Positions 36,040-45,042 of a DNA stretch of 64,000 bases are shown piece after piece. A program made the position numbers and the translations under genes. The notes below the pieces were generated by a model. It was not told the DNA's origin, made no database searches, and worked only from the letters and a program-made list of their open reading frames with translations. The DNA is from Prochlorococcus sp. AG-686-J21 (lineage in GTDB: Bacteria > Cyanobacteriota > Cyanobacteriia > PCC-6307 > Cyanobiaceae), in assembly GCA_003210285.1 (NCBI GenBank), contig QCVS01000001.1:41521-105520 (forward strand), in the 5' to 3' direction. Each line of letters starts with the position of its first letter. The stretch's first letter is position 1.

Positions 36040-37287
36040 TTAATCACATTTTGGCGCATTTTGTTGAATCCATTGCTTTCCTTTATATATAGCTTCATCA
36101 AAATTATCCAATCTGTTATAAGCTAGCTCCCTAGAAAGATAATTAATAACCTTCCCTAAAATAGGACCATCTTTGATTTTTAAATATTTTTTTAAAACAT
36201 CCCCTTTTAATAAATTCGACGGATGAAATAATTTATCATCTTTATCTCGCCATCTAGCGAGCCAATCTTTGTAGTAAGTTTCTGGTAAGAAAAGAATAAA
36301 AGAAGGAAGAATAGTTTCTAATTCTTGATGTAAATCAAATCTTTCTCTCTCACTAAATTCATAAATAGTTTTTATTTTCAATAAGAGATTCCATTTTCTT
36401 AATAACCTAATTTTTGAAATTTCAGATTTGCTAAATTTTAAATTTTTTAAAGAAAATTCGTCTAAAATTTGACAAAGAAAGAATAGGGGTAAAAATTTTC
36501 CCTTTTCAAATTCATTAAATTCTTCAACATTAATTTTCTCTAAATCAATAAATATCAAATTTTTTTCTGATTGAACATAGTCAAAAATTTTAAATTTTTT
36601 TATTAATTTTATCGCCTGAGATGCTTTTTTCCCTCTTATTATTCGCTGTATTTCGTAATTAATTCTTTCACTAGCAACTAAACTTAATTGATTTTTATAA
36701 GTTTTAATAAAATTTATTAAATTTACATCGACATTAAAATCTAATTCAGAAACAAATCGAATGCATCTTAAAATTCTTAACGGATCGTCCAATAAGTTCT
36801 GCTTTGAATTAGTTCTTAAAAAAGCAAGCTGTAGATCTTTAATTCCATTAGATGGATCAATGAGATTTTTTTCTTCAAAAGAAAAAGCAATAGCATTTAT
36901 AGAAAAATCTCGACTTAATAAATCAATATCAATTGAAGGAGAAATTTGAGAGGCGATATCAATTGAGATATGTTCAAAAATAATTCTTACTACGTCTCTT
37001 CCCTCATCAAGAATAATAAATTTTCCTTCAAATTTATCTGCAATTTTTTTACCAGTCTTAATTGCATTTTTTGGAACCACAATATCAACATCAATTACTG
37101 AGTTTAATCTTCCTAAAATTAAATCTCTTATATATCCACCTACTAAAAAAGATCCAAAAGGTAATGAAGATAAAATAAAGTCCCAATTATAAAATTTTAT
37201 ACTTCTTTCTATTTCATTAATTATTAGTGTATGATTAATAAAAATATTTTTTTTACGATTTTCTTTCTTGATTATGTGCATTTGCAT
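36040..37287 (-). CDS. Class II tRNA nucleotidyltransferase (CC-adding type by loop deletion)
   Basis: LVGGYIRDLIL, DVDIV (DxD), SRDFSINAIA, DDPLRILRCIRF, ASERI. Confidence 0.85.
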   Translation of the reverse strand: MQMHIIKKENRKKNIFINHTLIINEIERSIKFYNWDFILSSLPFGSFLVGGYIRDLILGRLNSVIDVDIVVPKNAIKTGKKIADKFEGKFIILDEGRDVVRIIFEHISIDIASQISPSIDIDLLSRDFSINAIAFSFEEKNLIDPSNGIKDLQLAFLRTNSKQNLLDDPLRILRCIRFVSELDFNVDVNLINFIKTYKNQLSLVASERINYEIQRIIRGKKASQAIKLIKKFKIFDYVQSEKNLIFIDLEKINVEEFNEFEKGKFLPLFFLCQILDEFSLKNLKFSKSEISKIRLLRKWNLLLKIKTIYEFSERERFDLHQELETILPSFILFLPETYYKDWLARWRDKDDKLFHPSNLLKGDVLKKYLKIKDGPILGKVINYLSRELAYNRLDNFDEAIYKGKQWIQQNAPKCD

Positions 37288-37525
37288 TGACTGTAAATTA
37301 GTTGATAGATGTATGACTTATCATGATGTTGAAAAAAATCATGGTATTAACCACCTTTGTGATACCCCTAATTTTAAACCCAAAAAACCTTATATTCACG
37401 TAAGTATAACCAAAGATTTAAATGGCGATTTTAAAACTGATTGGGATGTCCAATCTTGTTCAAGTTTTTTAGAGGAAGTTGGTAAGTGGTCTAAGTGTAG
37501 GCCAGGTTTAGAGTTACCAATTTAA
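37274..37525 (+). CDS. ycf34: Ycf34 family Fe-S protein
   Basis: MCICIDC...C.TYHDVE..H...DWDVQSC. Confidence 0.9.
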   Translation: MCICIDCKLVDRCMTYHDVEKNHGINHLCDTPNFKPKKPYIHVSITKDLNGDFKTDWDVQSCSSFLEEVGKWSKCRPGLELPI

Positions 37526-37531
37526 AGGTAA

Positions 37532-38182
37532 ATGCCTTACGAATTAAAAAATTATAATAAATTAACCTTAGCAATTCATAGCACTGATGATTCCTTTGGC
37601 TTCGCTTATAGAGAAAACAATAATTCTTTATCTGAAAACTTTTTTACAAAAAAATTTGAAAAAGATTTATGCAATAATTTAATATTTGATTTTACACATT
37701 TTATTACAAAAGAAAATTTAAAAAAAATTAATAAAATATCTGTCAGTGTAGGGCCATCAAACTTTAACGCGTCTAGACAAATAATAGTATTAGCGAGAAC
37801 CCTAGCTCAACAAATAAATTGCTCATTATATAGTTTTACTTCTTTTGAATTGATGGCAAAAAGAATTGCTAAGAAAAATAATATCTATTACGAGAAAAAT
37901 TCATTTTGGATTTTCAAAAAATTAAAAAGAAGAGGATATATTGCAGGAAAATATGAAATTTGCACTTCTGAAAAATCAAACAAAAATATTACTATCAAAG
38001 AAAAAATTATTCCAAAGATTTTTGAAGAATTAAAAAATAAAGAGTTTTCTTATCAAGCTGAATATTCTGATATTGAAGATTTAAAAGAATTATTGAATTT
38101 GTCTAATCAAAATTCTCAACATTCAAGTTCTTATACTTGGAATAAAGTTTTACCTTTATATCCATTATCCCCAATTAACTAA
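37532..38182 (+). CDS. tsaB: tRNA t6A biosynthesis protein TsaB (divergent)
   Basis: LAIHST, SVSVGPSNFNASR, ARTLAQQ. Confidence 0.7.
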   Translation: MPYELKNYNKLTLAIHSTDDSFGFAYRENNNSLSENFFTKKFEKDLCNNLIFDFTHFITKENLKKINKISVSVGPSNFNASRQIIVLARTLAQQINCSLYSFTSFELMAKRIAKKNNIYYEKNSFWIFKKLKRRGYIAGKYEICTSEKSNKNITIKEKIIPKIFEELKNKEFSYQAEYSDIEDLKELLNLSNQNSQHSSSYTWNKVLPLYPLSPIN

Positions 38183-38186
38183 AGAT

Positions 38187-38807
38187 TCATCCAAGCATAT
38201 TATTTATGGATTCCTGCAAATGATATGTTACTTTACCTAAATCATTTTTTGATGCACCTTCAGGTGGATTAATTGGTTTCCCAACTTTAATAACTATTTT
38301 CGTGAAAAATGGAATAAAAAACTTTAATCTCAGTAATCTATGCGAATTAATAATTGCAACTGGTAATAACATTTTTTGATTTTTAAAAGATAGAAGAGCT
38401 GCCCCTTGTTTTGGCTTATTTACACGACCGTCTTTTTGGCGAGTGCCGTCAATAAAAATTCCAATACTATTATTGTTTGATAATTTCTCACATGCAATTT
38501 TAATAGTTGTTTTATCTACTATTCCTCTTTTTACAGGATAAGCTCCACATGATTTTATTATAAAACCAAGTAAGGGGATTCTAAAAAGTTCAGACTTAGC
38601 CATAAAAGAAATATTTCTACCAATAGCATGACCTAATAAAGGCGGATCAAGCAGAGACCCATGATTGGATACCATTATGAAAGAACCTTTTTGAGGAATG
38701 TTTTTTCTCCCAATTAAATTGCCTCTAAATATAAATTTATAAATCGGAAAAATAATTACTTGGCTAACTAATTTATAAATTAATTTTTGATAAAAATAAC
38801 TTTTCAT
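38187..38807 (-). CDS. plsC: 1-acyl-sn-glycerol-3-phosphate acyltransferase
   Basis: SNHGSLLD (HX4D), FMAKSELF, FIDGTR. Confidence 0.92.
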   Translation of the reverse strand: MKSYFYQKLIYKLVSQVIIFPIYKFIFRGNLIGRKNIPQKGSFIMVSNHGSLLDPPLLGHAIGRNISFMAKSELFRIPLLGFIIKSCGAYPVKRGIVDKTTIKIACEKLSNNNSIGIFIDGTRQKDGRVNKPKQGAALLSFKNQKMLLPVAIINSHRLLRLKFFIPFFTKIVIKVGKPINPPEGASKNDLGKVTYHLQESINNMLG

Positions 38808-38811
38808 AAAA

Positions 38812-39708
38812 TCAGTATTTAATTTGATCTGCAGAAGAAACTTGAGAAATTTTTACATCCTTTAAATGCCTTTTACCTAGACCACCTAGGACATTAGATG
38901 GGCCAATTTCTACCATTTGAAGAATACTATTTTCTTTCATTAAATCCATAGTTTGACGCCATCTAACACCATTACACATTTGATTTTTAAACCTAACCTT
39001 AAGTTCCTTTGAATCATTACATAGTGATGGATTAGAATTACTTATAACGGGTATAGAAGGTTGATTAAATTCTAAAGTGTCTAAATATTTTGAAAATTGA
39101 AATGATGGTTCTTTCATAAATGGTGAATGAAAAGCACCTGAAACATTTAATTTCAGGAATCTTTTTGCCTTAATTCGTTTTGAAATATTATCTAAAGCTT
39201 TTTGGCTTCCTGATAAAACAACTTGAGAAGAGCTATTGTCGTTTGCTATTACAAGATCGTCAATCTCCTCCACCAGTAAATCTAATTGATCTCTATCAAA
39301 ACTTATTAATGCTGCCATAGATCCCTTTGCGGCATCTGCCATTAATCCAGATCTAACTTTTATAAGTTGGACACAATCTTGAAAAGACAAAACATCAGCG
39401 CAATATAGAGCCGTAATTTCACCTAAACTATGACCAGCAATATAGGTTGGTTTATAACCATTTTCTTTTAAAGAGTCCAATAAGACTGATTCCACCAGAA
39501 AAAGACAAATTTGAGTGTTCTTTGTATTATTTAAATCATCAGAAAGATTTTTTTCATCAGAATTTAGTTCACAAATTTGAAATAAATTCCTATCGAATAC
39601 TTCAGATGCATAATTAAACCTATATTTTGCATTTGGCAAATCTATAATTTTATTTGCCATACCAATTTTTTGTGAACCCTGACCAGGAAATACCCAAGCG
39701 ACTGTCAT
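38812..39708 (-). CDS. fabD: Malonyl-CoA:ACP transacylase
   Basis: VFPGQGSQ, GHSLGE, VSGAFHS; likely start at 39708. Confidence 0.96.
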   Translation of the reverse strand: MTVAWVFPGQGSQKIGMANKIIDLPNAKYRFNYASEVFDRNLFQICELNSDEKNLSDDLNNTKNTQICLFLVESVLLDSLKENGYKPTYIAGHSLGEITALYCADVLSFQDCVQLIKVRSGLMADAAKGSMAALISFDRDQLDLLVEEIDDLVIANDNSSSQVVLSGSQKALDNISKRIKAKRFLKLNVSGAFHSPFMKEPSFQFSKYLDTLEFNQPSIPVISNSNPSLCNDSKELKVRFKNQMCNGVRWRQTMDLMKENSILQMVEIGPSNVLGGLGKRHLKDVKISQVSSADQIKY

Positions 39709-39721
39709 AATAAAACTTTTT

Positions 39722-40729
39722 TTAACCCCATCGAATAAGGGCTGCACCCCAACTTAACCCAGCACCAAAACCACTTGTGGCAATAATATCATTTTCTTTA
39801 ATTTTCTTATTTCTTATTGCCTCATCTAGCATTAAAGGTATTGTTGCCGCTGAAGTGTTTCCATAGTTACTTAAATTACTGAGAATCTTCTCTGATGAAA
39901 CATTTAGCCTGTCTCCAACAGAATCTAATATTCTTTGATTTGCTTGATGTAATAAAAGCCAATTAATTCTCTCAGAATTAAAATTTGTTTTTTTAAATAA
40001 ATTATCAATAATTAATGGAACCTCTCTAACTGCGAATTTATATACTTCTTGTCCATTCATCTCAATTGAAGAAAAACCCCCACTTGAAAAATTAATATCA
40101 TCAATAATTAAATCTTGATTATTTTGAGATGGAAGATTTAAGAAAGAACCTCTTTGACCATCAGTCCTCATACTAAAGCCAATTAAATTATCGAATTCAT
40201 TTGTTGCTTCGATTGCTATTGCACCCGCTCCATCTCCAAATAAAATACAAGTACTTCTGTCATTCCAATCTACATAACTTGAAAGTTGATCTGAGCCTAT
40301 TACTACCGCTCTTTTATAACTTCCTGCTTTTAAAAATTGAGTAGCTGTTATTGCAGCAAATAAGAAACCGCTACAAGCAGCTGTCAAATCAAACGCAACA
40401 GCATTAATTGCACCTAGTTTTGATTGGATTTCAGGAGCAGAGCCAAATAAATCATTTGGAGTTGATGTAGCTAAAATTATTAGATCAATTGTTTCAATAT
40501 CCCATTTAGCCATCTCAATTGCTCCCAATGCTGCCTTATAACCCATCTCGCTAACATTTTCTGATATTCCAGAAATTCTTCTCTGCGAGATACCTGTTCT
40601 AGATTTTATCCATTCATCACTAGTATCTACCTTCTTACTAATTTCCTGATTCCTCAGAATTTGATTTGGTACATAACTTCCACTACCTTTAAATGAGACT
40701 CCAATTTGATTTAAATTTATTCCTTCCAA
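39722..40729 (-). CDS. fabH: Beta-ketoacyl-ACP synthase III
   Basis: AACSGF, LFGDGAGA, HQAN, GNTSAA, GFGAGLSWG. Confidence 0.97.
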   Translation of the reverse strand: MEGINLNQIGVSFKGSGSYVPNQILRNQEISKKVDTSDEWIKSRTGISQRRISGISENVSEMGYKAALGAIEMAKWDIETIDLIILATSTPNDLFGSAPEIQSKLGAINAVAFDLTAACSGFLFAAITATQFLKAGSYKRAVVIGSDQLSSYVDWNDRSTCILFGDGAGAIAIEATNEFDNLIGFSMRTDGQRGSFLNLPSQNNQDLIIDDINFSSGGFSSIEMNGQEVYKFAVREVPLIIDNLFKKTNFNSERINWLLLHQANQRILDSVGDRLNVSSEKILSNLSNYGNTSAATIPLMLDEAIRNKKIKENDIIATSGFGAGLSWGAALIRWG

Positions 40730-40782
40730 AAGAGTTATCTAATTACTTATATAAGTCAAACATAAATCTGACAAAATATGGT

Positions 40783-42183
40783 TTAAGAATTTAAAACTTG
40801 AAGCTTTTGAAGTTGATTCAAATTTTCCATGACATTATGATTTACAGCAGAATGAGCCAAGCGCAGAGCACTCACTACAGATAAAGACTTACTACTACCA
40901 TGGCCAATTACGCATATACCATTTACCCCAAGCAACAATGCCCCTCCATGTTCAGCATGATCCAACCTTTTCTTAATTCTTAGTAAATTACTTTTTAAAA
41001 AAGCAGAACCGACCTTACCCCTTCTTCCTCTAGGCAGTTCGGATCTTAAAATATCTAACAGAACCCCTCCGACTGACTCAAGAAATTTAAGTAATATATT
41101 TCCTGTAAAGCCATCGCAAACTACTACATCAAAATCTCCAGATAAAACATCTCTTCCCTCACAATTACCCCCAAAATTAAGACTTTTTTCATTAGAAAGT
41201 AATTCAAATGTTTTTATAGATAAATCATTCCCTTTACATTCTTCTTCTCCAATATTTAATAAGCCAATTCGTGGTTTTTCTATTTGTAAAACATCTTTGG
41301 CATAAACATCACCAAGAAGTGCAAATTGGTGCAGATAAGAGGGCTTACAATCAGTATTTGCTCCGACATCGAGAACTAATACAGGTCGAGTTTGATCTCT
41401 AGTTGGGAATAATGCTCCTATGGCAGGGCGTTCGATACCTTTCAATCTCCCTATCCTAAATATTGCAGAGGCCATAAGAGCTCCTGAATTACCTGCCGAA
41501 TAAACAGCTTTTGCCTTATTAGTTTTAACCAAATCCATAGCAACATTTATACTCGCATCTTTTCTTTTTCGTACTGCTGTTGCTTCTTCATTCATCCCTA
41601 TGGGATCTCCACTATCTATTAATTCAAGACGATTATTATCAATTTCTTTTTCTAACAAATCTATTAGACCAACTTTTTCTGCTTCATATCTAACTTTTTC
41701 AATTTTACCTACAAACTTTATATTTATAGGAAATCTACTAATAGCATCGAGACAACCCTCCAAAATGGGTACAGGTGCATAATCTCCCCCCATACCATCA
41801 ACTGCGATCCAAATCCTCTCAGAATTTGGTACCTCTTCTTTACTTATCAGACTATCACTATTTTGCAACCTTTTTAAAGGGTCAAAAACTAATGGCTGCA
41901 ATGTATTTTTTGCAAGTGAACTAGCACTTGAAACTACACTACTAGCAGTATTAACAACTGATTCAGCACTAGAGACTACATTCCCTGCGACATTACCTGC
42001 AACATTACTCGCAGTATTTACAACAGAACCAGCACCAGCGACCACGTTACCTGCAACATTACTTGCAGTTACAGCAGAATTAGCCGCAGTATCAACTATT
42101 GAAGTCACTGCAGAATTTCTTTTATACCAAATAACTAATCTTCTTATAGCTCTAGACTTTTTATTCGAAGAATCTTTTTCCAT
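40783..42183 (-). CDS. plsX: Phosphate acyltransferase with N-terminal repeat extension
   Basis: IAVDGMGGD, AGNSGA, RPA, LDVGAN, CDGFTGN, IGHGSS; the catalytic domain begins only after about 130 aa. Confidence 0.95.
   Translation of the reverse strand: MEKDSSNKKSRAIRRLVIWYKRNSAVTSIVDTAANSAVTASNVAGNVVAGAGSVVNTASNVAGNVAGNVVSSAESVVNTASSVVSSASSLAKNTLQPLVFDPLKRLQNSDSLISKEEVPNSERIWIAVDGMGGDYAPVPILEGCLDAISRFPINIKFVGKIEKVRYEAEKVGLIDLLEKEIDNNRLELIDSGDPIGMNEEATAVRKRKDASINVAMDLVKTNKAKAVYSAGNSGALMASAIFRIGRLKGIERPAIGALFPTRDQTRPVLVLDVGANTDCKPSYLHQFALLGDVYAKDVLQIEKPRIGLLNIGEEECKGNDLSIKTFELLSNEKSLNFGGNCEGRDVLSGDFDVVVCDGFTGNILLKFLESVGGVLLDILRSELPRGRRGKVGSAFLKSNLLRIKKRLDHAEHGGALLLGVNGICVIGHGSSKSLSVVSALRLAHSAVNHNVMENLNQLQKLQVLNS
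41993..42063 (-). repeat. 17-bp direct repeat pair (TTACCTGCAACATTACT), 54-nt period, inside plsX
   Basis: Identical copies at 41993-42009 and 42047-42063, encoding the repeated SNVAGN. Confidence 0.9.
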
Positions 42184-42930
42184 CTATTTACCGTCAAATG
42201 GAGATATATCAACTATCCTTTGAAACAAATATCCTGTACCTCTTGCTGTGAGAATTAATTCAGGATTTGCAGGGTCAGCTTCCAATTTTGATCTTAATCT
42301 AGATATATGCACATCAACTACTCTTGTATCTACATGTCTTTCAGGTGTGTAGCCCCAAACTTCTTTCAAAATCTCTCCTCGACTAAATGGCTCTCCTGAT
42401 CTACTGACTAACAGTTCTAAAAGACTAAATTCCATACCTGTTAATCTGATTCTTTCATCACTTTTAAAAACTTGTCTTCGATTTGTATCAATTTTTATAT
42501 CCGTAACTAAAATTAAACCTGAATTTGGCATTCCAGGAAGTTGCTCTTTATCTATTCGTCTTAATACACACCTAATCCTAGCTTCTAATTCTTTTGGACT
42601 AAATGGTTTAACAACATAATCATCAGCGCCTAATTCTAATCCTGTAATTCTATCTGCAACATCTCCTAATGCGGTCAACATAACGATAGGTACATCTGAG
42701 TCTTTTCTTAATTCTTGACAAACTCCATATCCATCTAATTTTGGCATCATCACATCGAGTACAACCAAGTCAGGATCATAGTCTTTGAACAATTTTAATG
42801 CTTCTTTACCATCACAAGCAGTTACTACTTTGTAACCAATCATTGAGAGACGAGTCTCGAGAATCCTTCTAATGCTTGCCTCGTCATCAGCGACAAGGAT
42901 TGTTTCTTTTGTTTGACTAGATACAGCCAT
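42184..42930 (-). CDS. rpaB: OmpR-family response regulator RpaB (Ycf27)
   Basis: ILVADDEASIRRILETRL, GYTPERHVDTRVVDVHISRLR. Confidence 0.95.
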   Translation of the reverse strand: MAVSSQTKETILVADDEASIRRILETRLSMIGYKVVTACDGKEALKLFKDYDPDLVVLDVMMPKLDGYGVCQELRKDSDVPIVMLTALGDVADRITGLELGADDYVVKPFSPKELEARIRCVLRRIDKEQLPGMPNSGLILVTDIKIDTNRRQVFKSDERIRLTGMEFSLLELLVSRSGEPFSRGEILKEVWGYTPERHVDTRVVDVHISRLRSKLEADPANPELILTARGTGYLFQRIVDISPFDGK

Positions 42931-43036
42931 TTGTTTCTATTAGCTAATCAGTAAGAGAATTTATCTTTTACCTAATCTAACTTGTAGAGGGGCAAAATCC
43001 CAAACATCTCAGTTCCTCAATCTAATCAAAAATTAA

Positions 43037-44389
43037 ATGTCTAGTAAATTTTCGACTTTTATTTGTCAAAATTGCGGGTCTGAAACTTCTCAATACTTCG
43101 GCAGATGCGTAAATTGTAATGAATGGAATACGATCGTTGAAGAAAGAAAAAACACTCGAGCTAAGACAATTAATGTTAATAAAAGTAAAAAATCTAAGCT
43201 GTTTAATGAAATAGAAATAGAAACCGCATCAAGATTTACGAGCGGTTTTAAAGAGTTTGACAGAGTACTCGGAGGTGGAATAGTACCAGGATCTATAGTT
43301 TTACTTGGAGGAGAACCAGGAATTGGTAAAAGTACAATAGTGCTTCAATCTGCAGGAAAAATATCCCTTAATGAAAAAGTTTTATATATCACTGCAGAAG
43401 AATCTTTAGAACAAGTAAAAATCAGATGGGAAAGATTAAAGCAAAACAGCCTGGATTTAAAAATTTATGCAGAAACCAATTTATCTTTAATTATCGAAGA
43501 GATTCAAAAAATAAAACCTGATTTTGCGATTATTGATAGTATCCAAGCTATTAATAATGATGAGATGGAAAGTGCCCCAGGATCCGTTTCCCAAGTAAGG
43601 ACTTGTTCATCTGAACTTCAGAATCTTGCGAAAGAAAATAATATAGCGCTTTTGATAATAGGCCACGTTACGAAAGATGGAGCTCTTGCAGGTCCAAAAA
43701 CTTTAGAACATTTAGTAGACGTGGTACTAAATTTTCAAGGAGATAATATCGCCTCCCATAGATTGCTAAGAAGTGTAAAAAATAGGTTTGGATCAACTTT
43801 TGAAATTGGAATTTTCGAAATGTTAGAAAATGGTTTAAGAGAAGTTATTAACCCTAGTTCAATATTCACAAATAAAGAAAATATCTCCGGTGTCACAACC
43901 ACTATCACTAATGAAGGATCGAGACCATTTGCAGTAGATATTCAGGCTTTAGTAAATAAGACTTTCTACAATAATCCAAGACGAACAACAACCGGGGTCA
44001 GCATCAACAGATTACATCAGATTTTAGCAGTCATTGAAAAACATGTTGGGATTAAATTATCAGAATATGACTGTTATATAGCGACAGGAGGTGGTTTTGA
44101 AATAAATGAGCCATCTTCAGATTTAGGAGTTGCGATATCAATCTTATCAAGCTTAAAAAATGTTCCACCCTTGATAAATTGTGCATTTATTGGCGAATTA
44201 GGCTTAAGCGGTCAGGTAAGGCAGACAAGTAATCTTAGAGCCAAAATTGATGAGGCAATTAGGCTTGGTATTAAGAATATCTTGGTACCTAAAACTACTA
44301 TTGAAATTAAAGATAGTTTTCAAAAACTCATAAAGATTAAAGAAATTTCGAATATCAATGAAGCTATGAATTATGCATTGAAAGAGTGA
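43037..44389 (+). CDS. radA: DNA repair protein RadA/Sms
   Basis: CxxC-CxxC zinc finger, GGEPGIGKS, KNRFG, Lon-like C-terminus. Confidence 0.96.
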   Translation: MSSKFSTFICQNCGSETSQYFGRCVNCNEWNTIVEERKNTRAKTINVNKSKKSKLFNEIEIETASRFTSGFKEFDRVLGGGIVPGSIVLLGGEPGIGKSTIVLQSAGKISLNEKVLYITAEESLEQVKIRWERLKQNSLDLKIYAETNLSLIIEEIQKIKPDFAIIDSIQAINNDEMESAPGSVSQVRTCSSELQNLAKENNIALLIIGHVTKDGALAGPKTLEHLVDVVLNFQGDNIASHRLLRSVKNRFGSTFEIGIFEMLENGLREVINPSSIFTNKENISGVTTTITNEGSRPFAVDIQALVNKTFYNNPRRTTTGVSINRLHQILAVIEKHVGIKLSEYDCYIATGGGFEINEPSSDLGVAISILSSLKNVPPLINCAFIGELGLSGQVRQTSNLRAKIDEAIRLGIKNILVPKTTIEIKDSFQKLIKIKEISNINEAMNYALKE

Positions 44390-44401
44390 ATCTATAAAAA
44401 T

Positions 44402-44923
44402 CTAAAGATAAATATCAATTGAACTCCTTCCAGAAGTTTTTAACCAATTTTCAATATCTAAATATCCACCAGGATAAAGTCTTACAGCCTTAGACCAAAC
44501 TTGCGCAGCCTTGTCGAACCATATATCTCTTTGATCTAAATCACCATTCTGTTCAGCGTACCTTCCCCTTTTTTCGTAAATTAGGCCTATGTTCTTAAGA
44601 CAAGATGGCTGTTTTGGATTTTCAACTAAGGCCTTTTGATAAGTTTCTATAGATAGATCTTCATCTCCATTACTCATATAAATTATTGCCATGTTCTTTA
44701 AAGTTTCTCCTCTATCAATTTTATTTTCTTCTAGTAATAAACTTTCATTATAATAATCCAAAGCTTCTGAATAATCGCCATTATTTTGTGCCGCTAAACC
44801 ATCTCTATAATATATGTAAGCTTTTTTTTCTTTATCAGCAATAGGCATTATCTTTACAATAGATTCAGCAATCACAGTAAAAGCTTTATCAATGAAATTG
44901 TCTCTGTTTTGATTATTAGGCAC
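44402..44923 (-). CDS. ycf3: Photosystem I assembly TPR protein
   Basis: [31 protein letters not shown]. Confidence 0.95.
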   Translation of the reverse strand: MPNNQNRDNFIDKAFTVIAESIVKIMPIADKEKKAYIYYRDGLAAQNNGDYSEALDYYNESLLLEENKIDRGETLKNMAIIYMSNGDEDLSIETYQKALVENPKQPSCLKNIGLIYEKRGRYAEQNGDLDQRDIWFDKAAQVWSKAVRLYPGGYLDIENWLKTSGRSSIDIYL

Positions 44924-45042
44924 TTTTTTTATGTAATAAAATTAAGTTAGTCAATAAACAATTAACTATTTAAAAAGTCTATAACATTTATTATTATAGT
45001 AATTAATAAAGACAAGCATTAATTTGCTTTAATCGCAAAAAT

